A stretch of DNA of 64,000 bases from Syntrophorhabdaceae bacterium (GTDB taxonomy: Bacteria; Desulfobacterota; Syntrophorhabdia; Syntrophorhabdales; Syntrophorhabdaceae). Below, in pieces: positions 35,915 through 46,880 of the stretch (position 1 is its first letter; each line of letters opens with the position of its first letter). The DNA is taken from positions 3,616,001 to 3,680,000 of the forward strand of contig OY762209.1 of the NCBI GenBank assembly GCA_963665295.1. Direction: 5' to 3'. The translations under genes were made by a program, and so were the position numbers. The notes under the pieces were generated by a model. The model was not told where the DNA came from, searched no databases, and saw only the letters and a program-made list of their open reading frames with translations.

Positions 35915-38900
35915 TCAGAGGGTTATTCTAAAAGGTTCCTCGGATTTGCTTTCGTGACTCCCCAGATAGACCGAACCGCTCCAGCCGTCGATGCTTATGA
36001 AGTCGCCTCCCTTGATAACGTGATTGTCGATCAGGCTGTAGCCCTCAGCCTCGTAGACCCGGAGTTTGTTGAACCCCACCACGCCCACCTTGTTGAGTTG
36101 GGGTATGGTGACGGCCGCATGAGACGTGCCGCCGCCCTTCGCGGTGAGAATACCCTCGACCTGCAGGATAACACCCACGTCTTCCGAAACGGTGTCAGGC
36201 CGTATGAGAATGAGTTTTGTTCCAGGTTCCCGCTGACGGTAGTACTTGATCTCCTCCTCGGAGTAGACAGCCCTCCCTGAGAGCGCTCCGCCGCTCACTC
36301 CTATACCGGCGCCGATCAAGGATTCCTGGAGGGACGGAGCGTCGCGGAATATCCTGAGCCCCCGTGCCTCAGTCTGAGTCATATCCCTGGTCTGGAGAAT
36401 GTGAAGTCCATCCCTCGTGGGGCTTTCAAAAGTGAACTCTATTTCCTGATGGTGGAATCCTTTTTCGTAGATGATAATGTCCGCGAGCCTTACGAGTTCT
36501 TTGTAAATGTCGGGGAAACGTTCCTCAAGGGAGATTGCGGACCCCCTTCGTTCGGCGATCCTCTGGTTCCGGGAAATAGGGTAGGTCTCCACCAGACCCG
36601 ACACGATGTCGTCTCCCTGAACGCCGAAGATAAAATCGCCATACAAGGCGACCTCGGATGAGGACCCTTTCGGGTTCCTGGTGAAGATTACCCCTGACCC
36701 GGAGTCTTCGTTGAGGTTTCCGAATACCATGGCCTGCACTATTACCGCAGTGCCCCATTCATTGGAGAGATGCATTTCACGGCGATAGATCGTCGCCTGC
36801 TCCGAATACCATGACGCAAACACTTGAAGGATCGCTTTTTGGAGCTGCTCCGAAGGGTTATCGGTGACGTCTATCCCCCTTTCGCTCATGGCGCGCTTAT
36901 AGGACAAGGCGATCTGCCTCATTTGCTCGGCGTTGAACTGTATCTTCCTGTCGATATTGTATTTGAATTTGAAATCGCTGATAATCCTGTCGAAAAAGTT
37001 ACGGTCGAGATTCTGGAACATACCCCAGGTCTGGAGAAACCGCCTGTAGGAATCCCATGCGGCCCACTCGAATCCCTTCTTCTTGCTGAGACCTTCCGCA
37101 ATGGCTTCGTTGATACCTACGTTGAGAAATGAATGCATCATGCCCGGAAGAGAGATGGTGGCGCCGCTCCTCACGGAGAGAAGGAGAGGGTTTTCGGGGT
37201 CGCCGTATTTCTTTCCCACCACTTTTTCGAGCTTGAGTATCTCACTGTTGATCCGGTAGGCCATATCATTGAAGATGTACTTGTACCCTAAAACCGCCTC
37301 ATAGCTTCTGAATACCTCGGTGGTGATGATGAAGCCGGGTGGGATAGGGAAATTAAGAGCGGCAAGCTCCTTGAGAAAATACCCTTTGTTCCCGATGAGG
37401 ATCTGGTTGTCGATGTGCACGTTCCTCTTGTAGATGGGGGAGATTGTCAATTCAGGCGTGTAGGCCATCACAAGATTAAGAATCTGTTTGTTATCTTTGA
37501 ATTTTTCAAGCTCTGCATTGAGGGTGCTTATGATTGCGTTGACCAGATTGTCGAGTACCTGCAGGCCGAAGGACGAGGAGATAATCGACCTGAAGAAATC
37601 TTCCGAGGCCTGGTACACTGCCTGCTGGTCTCCACCCGCGGGGGGAGGGGCCGTTTCCGTCTTGCCTGTGAATTCCTGATTCTGACGGATGATAATAGGG
37701 AGATTAAGGCTGTGGGCGTCAATGTAATAGTCTTTTATGATGTCTCGTATCCCTTTCGAGATAAACTGGAAAATGTCGATGTACTGGTCTACGGAGAACT
37801 GCTTGAGTTGAAGGGCACTGGTAATGTATTTCATTTTGGAGACAAGGCCTTCGGTGGCGATGCCTTCAAGTTCCAGGGCCTTCACGTAGAGCCACAGGTA
37901 CCTGTGGATTCTCGTAAGGGTGCTCTTGGTGATGAACTTAAGATTAAGGGACTGTATCAATTCCTCGAAGAGGGTGGTGGCATAGTTCTCAAGGCGGAAA
38001 GAAAGTCCCACGGCTTCGAACTTCTCTTCCTGGTACGTGCCGTACATGGACGGAATACCTGCGGCTATGTGCCGTTTATGGTAGATGTTTTCGAAATAAG
38101 CTGTCTTTTTCGGTGACGTGATTCTCTCCTTCAGGGCGGAAAGGAAGCCGAGGATGATCACGAGGCTCTGATAATAGTTTTTGCCGTGGATGTGCCTCTT
38201 GAGGGAACGGATCTTGGGTAGGCTGAAGATGCCTGTCGTTTCAAGGTCCTTGAGTAAATCGATAGGGAGAAAATTATACTTTTTGTAGAGAAGCTGATAA
38301 AGCCTGATTATGAGTTGTGCACGCTCCCTGTCCCGTTCGGGAGCGCCCTTTATGTGCTGTATCTCCCTTTGAGTCCTGGCCATATCCCAGTTGAGAAATT
38401 CAAGAGGATCGCCGTGTATCTTAGGAAAAACTACTGCAAATATCGTGTGCATCCCGTCGAAATACTCGCCCTCGCTCTCCACCTGATCGAAGACCTCGGA
38501 AGGGAGGTGACCCTTGATGAACTTCTTGTCCCCTGTATCCCAGAACCGGAAAATATCCTCTACAAAGGTTACGAGCAGGCTGTTGCTCTCCACGTGCGAT
38601 TGTTTGCGGAGATAGAAGACCAGTTTGTCGTTTCTCCGGGACAGCTCGTCAACCTTGGTGGAAGTCTCCCGGAGCTCTCCTTCTGCACCTATCTCGCTAA
38701 AATATATGGGGAATATCCTGAGTAGCTGCTTCACGAGATTGTACGCAGGCTGGATGTCGGAATTCAGGAGGCCCGATATATCTTTTTGGAGCAGGTCTGT
38801 GTCCTTTACAAAAACCCCGCCGGTCTTCAGATTGATGATGAGAGCGGACAGCAGTCTTTTGGCCCACCTCGGCCTCAAGGCAATAATGCCGAGCCACGAG

Positions 38901-40135
38901 CGGATGTTCATGATGTGGGAAGGGTTCACCTTTACCTGCCATTCCGTGGTGGAACCCGCAACTTCGGGGTGCTGAAACCCGAAAAGAACCAACTCTTCGA
39001 TCATGGTGTCCACAAGGGGGTGATTCCCTTGATCGAATACCTCCTTGGCTAGGGTGGTGATGCAATCGATTACCGCGCCGCTGTGCTCGGGCGACGTGCT
39101 TCTTTTGAGGAGAGAGAAGACCTTCTTCACAAAATCCTTGAGGTTCCCCTTGTCCTCTTCCTTGAAGACCATTCTGAGACACCTGTTGATCTCCTGGAGA
39201 AGGTGATTGTGCATATCCGAGAGTCCTGAGACGCCCATCATGCTAAAAAGGAAATCAAGTTTCACAATATGCTGGCGGCCGAAGAAGCCCTGGGATCGTT
39301 CGAGCTTGTCGGCGACCAGGAAATAGCCGTTTACTATCTGGGTGTCGTCGGGCATGGCAAGATAGGCTGTGACTCGGTCTGCCTCAACTGGAAAGGTTCC
39401 CGCGGCCGTATCATCCAGTCTGGCAAGAAGGATTTTAAGGTTCTCATGGCTTAAAGGGCGGACAAGGTCCTCGAAGGTGCGCGCCACCTCGTCGTCCTCC
39501 GTCCCCGGCGCGAACCAGCAGGCCGGGTCCGGCTGGGTAAGCCAGAAGAGATATGTTTCCCTGAAGAAATCGTGGAGCAGCAAGTCAAGGGATTCCAGGG
39601 GAATGACAACGTCCGCCTGGGCTGCGGACTTCACGAGGTTCTTCATATAGGTGGAGCTTTTACGAAAGAGAACGCCCCCTTCGCTGTATGCCTTTCGCAG
39701 GGATTGAGTGAAGAGAGGGAAAAGGGCGAGGTTCCGTGGGAGAAGGTCCCGGCTGCCCTCCACGATAGTCACCATGTAGTCAAATGCATAACGAATCGCC
39801 GTGTCCTTGATCCCTTCACCTGGAGCAGAGGCAATGATATCAAAATAGATGTCGAGGATGATGCCCAGGGCCTTCAGCCCGTCGGCATGCATGTTGACTT
39901 CATAGAAGTCGCCTATGGAAAGCGTCCTGAGTTCCTTAAGAACGTACTCCCAGTTGACGTAAGGGTGATTGAGTTCAATGAGGAGGTCGCTTGTGCGCCT
40001 GGAAACACCATAGTGACTTTCCACGGCCTGGAGGAGGGGTCCGTACTTCTCGGGGATTTCCACCTTTGCAGCGGTCCTCTCCAGGTTCACTTCCAAAGCT
40101 GATGACTTCAAGGTCTTCAACTGCGATTCATCCAT
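35915..40135 (-). CDS. Large PPDK/PEP-utilising-like protein (long N-terminal domain + ATP-grasp + phospho-His domain)
   Basis: IGNKG, PPGFIITT, PLLLSVRSGA, QAMVFGN, QGDDIVSG, GGGTSHAAV; no C-terminal TIM barrel. Confidence 0.85.
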   Translation of the reverse strand: MDESQLKTLKSSALEVNLERTAAKVEIPEKYGPLLQAVESHYGVSRRTSDLLIELNHPYVNWEYVLKELRTLSIGDFYEVNMHADGLKALGIILDIYFDIIASAPGEGIKDTAIRYAFDYMVTIVEGSRDLLPRNLALFPLFTQSLRKAYSEGGVLFRKSSTYMKNLVKSAAQADVVIPLESLDLLLHDFFRETYLFWLTQPDPACWFAPGTEDDEVARTFEDLVRPLSHENLKILLARLDDTAAGTFPVEADRVTAYLAMPDDTQIVNGYFLVADKLERSQGFFGRQHIVKLDFLFSMMGVSGLSDMHNHLLQEINRCLRMVFKEEDKGNLKDFVKKVFSLLKRSTSPEHSGAVIDCITTLAKEVFDQGNHPLVDTMIEELVLFGFQHPEVAGSTTEWQVKVNPSHIMNIRSWLGIIALRPRWAKRLLSALIINLKTGGVFVKDTDLLQKDISGLLNSDIQPAYNLVKQLLRIFPIYFSEIGAEGELRETSTKVDELSRRNDKLVFYLRKQSHVESNSLLVTFVEDIFRFWDTGDKKFIKGHLPSEVFDQVESEGEYFDGMHTIFAVVFPKIHGDPLEFLNWDMARTQREIQHIKGAPERDRERAQLIIRLYQLLYKKYNFLPIDLLKDLETTGIFSLPKIRSLKRHIHGKNYYQSLVIILGFLSALKERITSPKKTAYFENIYHKRHIAAGIPSMYGTYQEEKFEAVGLSFRLENYATTLFEELIQSLNLKFITKSTLTRIHRYLWLYVKALELEGIATEGLVSKMKYITSALQLKQFSVDQYIDIFQFISKGIRDIIKDYYIDAHSLNLPIIIRQNQEFTGKTETAPPPAGGDQQAVYQASEDFFRSIISSSFGLQVLDNLVNAIISTLNAELEKFKDNKQILNLVMAYTPELTISPIYKRNVHIDNQILIGNKGYFLKELAALNFPIPPGFIITTEVFRSYEAVLGYKYIFNDMAYRINSEILKLEKVVGKKYGDPENPLLLSVRSGATISLPGMMHSFLNVGINEAIAEGLSKKKGFEWAAWDSYRRFLQTWGMFQNLDRNFFDRIISDFKFKYNIDRKIQFNAEQMRQIALSYKRAMSERGIDVTDNPSEQLQKAILQVFASWYSEQATIYRREMHLSNEWGTAVIVQAMVFGNLNEDSGSGVIFTRNPKGSSSEVALYGDFIFGVQGDDIVSGLVETYPISRNQRIAERRGSAISLEERFPDIYKELVRLADIIIYEKGFHHQEIEFTFESPTRDGLHILQTRDMTQTEARGLRIFRDAPSLQESLIGAGIGVSGGALSGRAVYSEEEIKYYRQREPGTKLILIRPDTVSEDVGVILQVEGILTAKGGGTSHAAVTIPQLNKVGVVGFNKLRVYEAEGYSLIDNHVIKGGDFISIDGWSGSVYLGSHESKSEEPFRITL

Positions 40136-40189
40136 GGGTCCACCTCTTTTGACCGGCAGGTCCACTGCCCGATTGAGTGACCGACAAAG

Positions 40190-40219
40190 AAAAAAAAGGG
40201 GGGTGGTATAGACCACCCC
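40190..40219 (-). terminator. Rho-independent terminator after etfA
   Basis: GGGGTGGT-ATAG-ACCACCCC stem with an A-run on the left (U-tract on minus strand). Confidence 0.75.
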
Positions 40220-40242
40220 GCCTCATCTCGGTTACTTCACCG

Positions 40243-41229
40243 TTACTTGCTAAGCTTGTTCTTGAAAATCTCAACCAGTTTCGGGACCATCTGGTTGTAG
40301 TCAGCGATAATGCCGAAGCTCGCTGCCTTGAAGATCGGGGCATCGGGATCCTTGTTGATCGCAACGATGTAATCGGATGTCCTCATGCCCGCGAGATGCT
40401 GTATGGCGCCGGAGATGCCGCAAGCGATGTATATCTTCGGTTTTACGGTCTTGCCTGTCTGGCCGACCTGATGTTCCTGAGGTATCCAGCCTGAATCGAC
40501 GGCTGCACGGGAAGCGCCTACTGCGCCGCCGAGTACGTCTGCAAGCTGTCTGATAACGTCAAACCCTTCGGGTTTGCCCAAACCTCTGCCGCCTGACACG
40601 ATAATGTCGGCTTCGACGAGGTTGACTGACGTCGCGGACTTGATGAACTCAAGTACCTTGGTGTTCAGTTCTTCTTCGGCGACTGCGAAGGACTCTTTGA
40701 CCGTCTCGCCGCTCTTGGATGCATCCTTCTCGGCCGGGGCGAATGCTTTCGGCCTGACGGTTGCGATCTGGGGCTGCGCCTTCTCGTTCACTACGGTGAC
40801 GGTGAAGTTTCCGCCAAAGGCTGCTCTCGTCATTTTCAGTTTGCCGCCGTCAACTGCAAGGCCTATGGTGTCGGTGCAAAGCCCGCTCTGAAGCAGCGCG
40901 GCTGCAGCAGCCGAAACATCGGTGCCCTGGCTGGTGGCCCTGAAAAGAGCGACTTCCGGTTTGTACTTCTCAAGCAGGAAGGCCGCGGCTTTGGCATACG
41001 CATCCGGCCTGAATCCTTTGAAGACCGCCCCATCCACGGTGTACACTTTTGAAGCGCCATAGTAGAACGCTTCTGTCGCAATGCTGTCAACGTTTTCCCC
41101 TATGACAAAGGCGCATAGATTGGAGCCCAGGTCACCCGCCAACTTTTTGCCGATGCCCAGAAGCTCAAAGGACATGGGGGAAATATCTTCGTACTTATGT
41201 TCTATATATACCCATACATCGTTAGCCAT
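40243..41229 (-). CDS. etfA: Electron transfer flavoprotein alpha subunit
   Basis: [30 protein letters not shown]. Confidence 0.96.
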   Translation of the reverse strand: MANDVWVYIEHKYEDISPMSFELLGIGKKLAGDLGSNLCAFVIGENVDSIATEAFYYGASKVYTVDGAVFKGFRPDAYAKAAAFLLEKYKPEVALFRATSQGTDVSAAAAALLQSGLCTDTIGLAVDGGKLKMTRAAFGGNFTVTVVNEKAQPQIATVRPKAFAPAEKDASKSGETVKESFAVAEEELNTKVLEFIKSATSVNLVEADIIVSGGRGLGKPEGFDVIRQLADVLGGAVGASRAAVDSGWIPQEHQVGQTGKTVKPKIYIACGISGAIQHLAGMRTSDYIVAINKDPDAPIFKAASFGIIADYNQMVPKLVEIFKNKLSK

Positions 41230-41247
41230 TGTAGTCCCTCCATCCGG

Positions 41248-42045
41248 TTATTTTATAATTTTCAAGTCTATCAGTTTATCCACGAGTGAAGCTGCCACTT
41301 CATCAATTTCACCCTTAAGAATCTCACCGGCCCCTCTTGGAGGCGGTACGGCGATCTCAACGACCTTCGTAGATGAACCGTCAGTTCCCACCTTGCTCTT
41401 GTCGACTCCGAGATCATCGGCGGTCCACTGGGGAATGGCAATTTTGGAAGCTTTCCTGATGCCCATGAGGTTGGGCAGCCGGGGCTCGTTGATACCCTTG
41501 ATGACCGATACGACTGCGGGCAGTTTCGCCTCGACAACTTCAATACCGCCTTCAATGGCTCTTTCGACAACGATCTTCTTTGCTCCTGCGTCGATGGAAC
41601 GGACCTTGGAGACAAAAGTCAACTGGCTGAAACCGAGAACCGTTGCAAGTGAGGCTCCGAGGACGCCCGTGTTGCCATCAGTCGACTGTTTTCCGCAGAA
41701 GACCACGTCCACATCGCCTATCTTCTTGATGCCGGCGGCAAGCACAAGCGCGGTGGCGTATGTATCCGAACCCGCAAATGCGGGATCCGTAAGCTGATAC
41801 ACTGAATTTACTGTCAGGGCAAGGGCGTTTCTCAGGACGTCGGCGGCCTTTTCCGGACCCATTGTGATTGCGATGATCTCGCCGTCATAGTTTTCCTTTG
41901 TGAGAAGGGCTTCTTCCAGTGCGAACTCATCGAACGGGTTGGTTATTGAATCCATTCCGTCTCTTTTCAGCATGCCCTTTGGAATGTCCCATTTCACCTC
42001 AGCTTCGGTGTCGGGAACCTGTTTTATACACGCTACTATTTTCAC
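41248..42045 (-). CDS. etfB: Electron transfer flavoprotein beta subunit
   Basis: CIKQVPD, NPFDEFALE, GKQSTDG, INEPR. Confidence 0.96.
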   Translation of the reverse strand: MKIVACIKQVPDTEAEVKWDIPKGMLKRDGMDSITNPFDEFALEEALLTKENYDGEIIAITMGPEKAADVLRNALALTVNSVYQLTDPAFAGSDTYATALVLAAGIKKIGDVDVVFCGKQSTDGNTGVLGASLATVLGFSQLTFVSKVRSIDAGAKKIVVERAIEGGIEVVEAKLPAVVSVIKGINEPRLPNLMGIRKASKIAIPQWTADDLGVDKSKVGTDGSSTKVVEIAVPPPRGAGEILKGEIDEVAASLVDKLIDLKIIK

Positions 42046-42063
42046 AGTGTCCTCCTTGGTGTT

Positions 42064-42846
42064 TTATTGACCCTTAAAAGTGGGTTTTCTTTTTTCCACA
42101 AAGGCAGTCATGCCTTCCTTTTGATCGTGGGTGGCAAAGCAAAGCCCGAAATCTCTGGCTTCCAGCATGAGCGCCTCATCCATACTCAGATAGAGACTTT
42201 TGTTTATGCACTCTTTGGCAAGTCCCATGGAAAAAGGACCATTCGACCTGATCTGGGCGGCCATGGCCATCACTTCGCTCATGAGCTGATCGTGAGGGAC
42301 CACTTTATTAATGAGACCCATTTCATATGCTTCCTGTGCGCCTATTGTTCTTGCCGTGAATATCAGTTCCTTGGCCTTCGCGAGTCCCGCGAGTTTTGCG
42401 GTTCTCTGAGTGCCGCCGAACCCGGGAAATATACCGAGGGTCGTCTCGGGAAATCCCACCTTTGCCTTGTCGGATGCGTAAATGATGTCGCACGCGAGGG
42501 CAACTTCGAAACCGCCGCCCAGGGCATAGCCGTTTACCGCCGCGATAACGGGTTTCGGCATATTTTCCAGGGTAGCGAAGGCATCGTGGCCTCTCTGGGA
42601 GAAGGCCATGCCTTCGATGGCGGTCAGATCCTTCATCTCAAGTATGTCGGCGCCTGCAATAAATGCCTTGCCGCCTTCCCCTGTCACGATCACTACCCGG
42701 ACATCGGGGTTGCTGCCCAGCTTCTCGCCTGCGTCTTTAATCTCGACGAGTGTTTCCGAGTTGAGCGCGTTTAATGCCTTGGGCCTGTTAATTTTCAGAA
42801 TCCCTATGCCGTCGCTTATCTCAACAATTAAGTTCTTGTAATCCAT
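42064..42846 (-). CDS. crt: Enoyl-CoA hydratase (crotonase)
   Basis: NRPKALNAL, AFIAGAD, ALGGGFE, PGFGGTQR. Confidence 0.9.
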   Translation of the reverse strand: MDYKNLIVEISDGIGILKINRPKALNALNSETLVEIKDAGEKLGSNPDVRVVIVTGEGGKAFIAGADILEMKDLTAIEGMAFSQRGHDAFATLENMPKPVIAAVNGYALGGGFEVALACDIIYASDKAKVGFPETTLGIFPGFGGTQRTAKLAGLAKAKELIFTARTIGAQEAYEMGLINKVVPHDQLMSEVMAMAAQIRSNGPFSMGLAKECINKSLYLSMDEALMLEARDFGLCFATHDQKEGMTAFVEKRKPTFKGQ

Positions 42847-42849
42847 GTT

Positions 42850-44133
42850 TTACGCCTCACTCTCGACAATCGCCGCCAGACCCTGCCCACCGCCGATACA
42901 CATGGAGATGAGTCCATACTTGAGGCCGAGCCGCTGCATCTGATAGAGCGCGGTCGTAACGAGCCTTGCGCCTGTGCAGCCGATGGGATGTCCGAGGGAT
43001 ATGCCGCCGCCGAACATGTTGCATTTGTCTGTGTTGACATTCAGTTCTCTTATACACGCGATGGACTGGGATGCGAAAGCCTCATTCAGTTCGATCATGT
43101 CGATCTGATCAAGAGTGAGACCTGCCTTTTTCAAGGCTTTTCTGATGGCCGGTATCGGGCCGAGTCCCATGAACTGGGGGTCTACGCCGCCACCTGCGTA
43201 TGCGATGACCTTTCCCATGGGTTTGATGCCGAGTGCATTTGCTTTCTCCCTTGTCATGAGCACTGCGGCGGAAGCTGCATCGTTCAGGCCGGATGCGTTA
43301 CCGGCGGTCACTGTTCCACCCTTTTTGAAAGCCGTTCCGAGTTTGGCCATCTTTTCCATGCTCGTGTCCATGGGCCTCTCATCGGTGTCGAAGATAATGG
43401 GGTCGCCTTTCTTCTGGGGGATTTTTACCGGAATGATCTCGTTCTTGAAGAGTCCCTCTTTTATGGCCTTTCTTGCCCGCTGATGACTTACAAGGCTGAA
43501 CATATCCTGTTCTTCTCTGGTTATGCCGTAGCGCTCAGCGATGTTCTCGGCGGTTACTCCCATGTGGTATCCGTAGAAAATCTCCCACACGCCGTCAAGG
43601 ACCATAAGGTCGACCATCTTGGTGTCGAACATACGGGCTCCCCATCTGGCGGAGGGTACTATAAAGGGTGCGAGGCTCATGTTTTCCATGCCGCCCGCCA
43701 CAACTACATCGTTATCGCCCGTGGCGATGGACTGGACGCCGTTTATGATGGCCTTCAATCCCGAAGAACAGACTTTGTTGATCGTATAGGCGTTGGTTTC
43801 CTTGGGAACGCCTGCAAAAATGGATGCCTGTCTTGCGGAGTTCTGGCCAAGGCCGCCCTGAAGGACGTTGCCCATGATAACTTCATCGATTTCCACTTCT
43901 TTCAGGCTGCTGTCGAAATCATAATACTTTGCTTCAAGATCCGTATCGGTCTTGCCGCCGAATGTGTCGGGAGCCACATCTTTGTCTTTGGTTTTTGAAG
44001 GCCTTATTCCCGCCCTCTTTATCGCCTCATTAATAGCGAGTCCACCAAGCTTAACAACGGGTACATCCTTTAAAGAAGCTCCGAAGCTGCCGATTGCCGT
44101 TCTTGCACACGATACTATTACTACCTCTCTCAT
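42850..44133 (-). CDS. Acetyl-CoA C-acetyltransferase (thiolase)
   Basis: NKVCSSG, NEAFA, GHPIGCTG, CIGGGQG. Confidence 0.96.
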   Translation of the reverse strand: MREVVIVSCARTAIGSFGASLKDVPVVKLGGLAINEAIKRAGIRPSKTKDKDVAPDTFGGKTDTDLEAKYYDFDSSLKEVEIDEVIMGNVLQGGLGQNSARQASIFAGVPKETNAYTINKVCSSGLKAIINGVQSIATGDNDVVVAGGMENMSLAPFIVPSARWGARMFDTKMVDLMVLDGVWEIFYGYHMGVTAENIAERYGITREEQDMFSLVSHQRARKAIKEGLFKNEIIPVKIPQKKGDPIIFDTDERPMDTSMEKMAKLGTAFKKGGTVTAGNASGLNDAASAAVLMTREKANALGIKPMGKVIAYAGGGVDPQFMGLGPIPAIRKALKKAGLTLDQIDMIELNEAFASQSIACIRELNVNTDKCNMFGGGISLGHPIGCTGARLVTTALYQMQRLGLKYGLISMCIGGGQGLAAIVESEA

Positions 44134-44159
44134 AACCCTCTCCTTTCGATCAAGTCAAG

Positions 44160-44177
44160 TTGAAAAAAAATTCACAA
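44160..44177. promoter_or_regulatory. Putative Rex operator upstream of the thiolase operon
   Basis: TTGAAAAAAAATTCACAA, 12/14 match to TTGTGAA-N4-TTCACAA. Confidence 0.4.
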
Positions 44178-44358
44178 TCTTTTTTATCGTAAACGCGACA
44201 GTTTGTCAATGAATTTTAGCGGGTTTGGACTTAATTTCCGACAAGATGGCGATATACAAGGGGCCCGGGCCCGACGGTCCAATTTGTGGTCCCGCGGGAG
44301 TTTATGGTTTACTTTTTATGGGGGTCTGTTAAAATGTAGACGTACAGGAGGTGCGTGG

Positions 44359-44778
44359 ATGAATTGGAAAATAAGTATGCTCTTGGTTATCGCTCTGTGT
44401 ACATTTCCGGCGATCAGCCGCAGCGCGGGCGTAGTGGAGGAGGATGGCCATAAGTGGCAGGAGTACCACAAGAATAATCGCGCCGTGGTATTCTACTATG
44501 AAAAGGATTCCGTAGTCTTCGGCGCCGACGGCGTCATCAAGGTATGGAGGAAGCGTGAGTTCCCCATCAGGTCGCAGCAGAGGAGCATTATTGCCCTTGA
44601 AGAGATAGATTGTTACAAACAACAATATCGATCCGTCCAACTGAAGGTAGTGAACTGGGACGACACGGCCGAGACCTTCGACCGCGTGGGGGACTGGTCC
44701 ACCATCTTTTCGGAGTCCCCGGAGGAGTACTTTCTTGATAATGTCTGCACAGAACTGAAGAAAAAGAAGAAGAAATAG
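44359..44778 (+). CDS. Exported hypothetical protein (surface-adhesin-E-like)
   Basis: Signal peptide; IKVW, EIDC, C-terminal Cys; GGAGG RBS. Confidence 0.65.
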   Translation: MNWKISMLLVIALCTFPAISRSAGVVEEDGHKWQEYHKNNRAVVFYYEKDSVVFGADGVIKVWRKREFPIRSQQRSIIALEEIDCYKQQYRSVQLKVVNWDDTAETFDRVGDWSTIFSESPEEYFLDNVCTELKKKKKK

Positions 44779-44837
44779 ACGGACATACCGGAGTTGCCCG
44801 AAAAGGGCTCCGGCATGACTGAGCGGTGACGGCAGGC

Positions 44838-46880
44838 ATGGACGAGCTGAACAATGAAGACGACTTAAGAAGGCCCGACCCCGACGCCCTTCTCAGGGAA
44901 ATAAAGCGCGGAGACCAAAAAAGAGGAAGATTGAAGATATTCCTGGGGTATGCCCCGGGAGTGGGGAAGACGTACGCAATGCTCCAGGAAGCCCACGTTC
45001 TGAAAGACCGTGGCGAAGATGTCGTAGTCGGCATTGTGGAAACTCATAAGAGGTCCGAGACCGTGGCATTGACGGAGGGTCTCGAAACTTTGCCGAGGCA
45101 GCGCCTGGAATACGAGGGCATCGAAATTGAGGAGATGGACCTCGACGGGATCCTCGCACGCCGTCCGTGCATAGTCCTCGTGGACGAACTTGCCCATACC
45201 AATGCGCCCGACACCCGCCATCCCAAACGTTATCAGGATGTAGAGGAACTGATCGCCAATGGGATCGACGTCTACACTACCGTCAATATCCAGCACTTCG
45301 AGAGCCAGGTTGACGTGGTGGCGAGGATTACCGGGGTCAGGGTACAGGAGAACGTACCTGATTCCATTCTCGAGTCCGCCGACGAAGTACAGGTCATCGA
45401 TATCCCTCTGGAAGAGCTTTCCCTCAGGCTGAAGGAGGGGAAGGTCTACATACCCGAACAGGCGAAGCTCGCGATGGAGGGCTATTTCCAGCGCGGGAAC
45501 CTTGTGGCGCTCAGGGAACTCACCCTTACTCTTGTTGCCCGTAAAATGGACACCGAGCTTTTGAATTACATGAAGTCGAAGGCTATTGCCGGCCCATGGC
45601 CGGCAGGGGAGAGGCTGGTAGTGTGCATCGCACCTAACCCCTACGCACTTCAACTGCTCAGACGCGCTTACAAGATAGCCACGGATGCCCATGCGGAATG
45701 GTATGCGGTTTACGTTTCCACACCGGGTGTGAAGGACCTGTCGAACGCGGAAAAGGCGTATCTTACTGCGGCACTCAATCTGGCGGAGGAACTGGGGGCA
45801 AAGGCCCTGACCCTTTCGGGAGGCGATGTGGCCGATGAAGTACTTCGCTTTGCCCGGGAATATAATATAACCCGGGTTGTAATCGGCAAGCCCCTGCGCT
45901 CGACGATCAGGTCGCTGTGGAGAGGGTCCCCGGTAAATCGGTTGCTGCGCGCAAGGGCCGATTTCGAGATACATCTTATCACTCCTGCCCGGGAAAAGCC
46001 GGAGGTCCTGGAAAAACAGAAGCACGGTGCATTCAGGCTTGATTTCAAAGGTTATGGGCTGACGCTCGGCATGGTTGCCGCCGTCACCATGCTCAACCTT
46101 CTTCTCCAGACCATTATGGACCCGAAATCACTTGTCTTCATCTATCTGATTGTGACCATCGCGAGCGCCCTGTTCTTCGGGAGGGTAGCGTCGCTGGTCG
46201 GATCTGTGGTCGGTCTGCTGACCTTTGATTTCCTTTTTGTGGAGCCCAGGTACAGGTTTACTATGTACCATGCGAATGATGTGGTGAATGTGCTCATATT
46301 CTTTCTTACTTCTGTTGTGGTAGGGCAGCTTGTGAAAACAACACGCGAGCAGAACCTGACGCTCCAACTCCGGTTGAGACGCATAACGCTTATCGAGGAG
46401 ATGAGCAGGGAATTCATGTCCATGCCCCCTGTTGAGCAGTTGGTGGGCGGTTTTGTCCATGACCCGAAAGAGTGGAGCGGCTTTCTTTCCCTCCTGCGCA
46501 CGACGGTGCTTGATGAAATAAGCCACGTAGCCACAAAATATATCGCGAGGATTATCGACTCCCCCTCTTTTGTGCTCTTTACAGGGGAGGGGGGGAAACT
46601 CAGGGTGTGGGCTCGCAGCAATCCCGACCTGGACCTCAGTTCCCATGAGGTGACAGTGGCGGAGTGGGTCTGCGCCCATGGGGAGATGGCCGGCGCGGGC
46701 ACTCAGACCCTTTCCAATATCGAAACCTTTTTCATACCAATGCAAACTCTTGAGGAAACGGTGGGGGTGATTGGTGTCCGGTGCGATTTCCGGGGCCTTC
46801 TCCTGGACCAGCGCCGCCTTCTGAGCGCCATTTCAAACCTGTCATCCCTTGCCGTGGCGCGGTGGGTAAACGTTAAGTGA
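44838..46880 (+). CDS. kdpD: KdpD N-terminal sensor (KdpD domain, Usp, TM, GAF) without a kinase domain
   Basis: GRLKIFLGYAPGVGKTYAML, VDELAHTN, KRYQDV; ends after the GAF region. Confidence 0.88.
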   Translation: MDELNNEDDLRRPDPDALLREIKRGDQKRGRLKIFLGYAPGVGKTYAMLQEAHVLKDRGEDVVVGIVETHKRSETVALTEGLETLPRQRLEYEGIEIEEMDLDGILARRPCIVLVDELAHTNAPDTRHPKRYQDVEELIANGIDVYTTVNIQHFESQVDVVARITGVRVQENVPDSILESADEVQVIDIPLEELSLRLKEGKVYIPEQAKLAMEGYFQRGNLVALRELTLTLVARKMDTELLNYMKSKAIAGPWPAGERLVVCIAPNPYALQLLRRAYKIATDAHAEWYAVYVSTPGVKDLSNAEKAYLTAALNLAEELGAKALTLSGGDVADEVLRFAREYNITRVVIGKPLRSTIRSLWRGSPVNRLLRARADFEIHLITPAREKPEVLEKQKHGAFRLDFKGYGLTLGMVAAVTMLNLLLQTIMDPKSLVFIYLIVTIASALFFGRVASLVGSVVGLLTFDFLFVEPRYRFTMYHANDVVNVLIFFLTSVVVGQLVKTTREQNLTLQLRLRRITLIEEMSREFMSMPPVEQLVGGFVHDPKEWSGFLSLLRTTVLDEISHVATKYIARIIDSPSFVLFTGEGGKLRVWARSNPDLDLSSHEVTVAEWVCAHGEMAGAGTQTLSNIETFFIPMQTLEETVGVIGVRCDFRGLLLDQRRLLSAISNLSSLAVARWVNVK

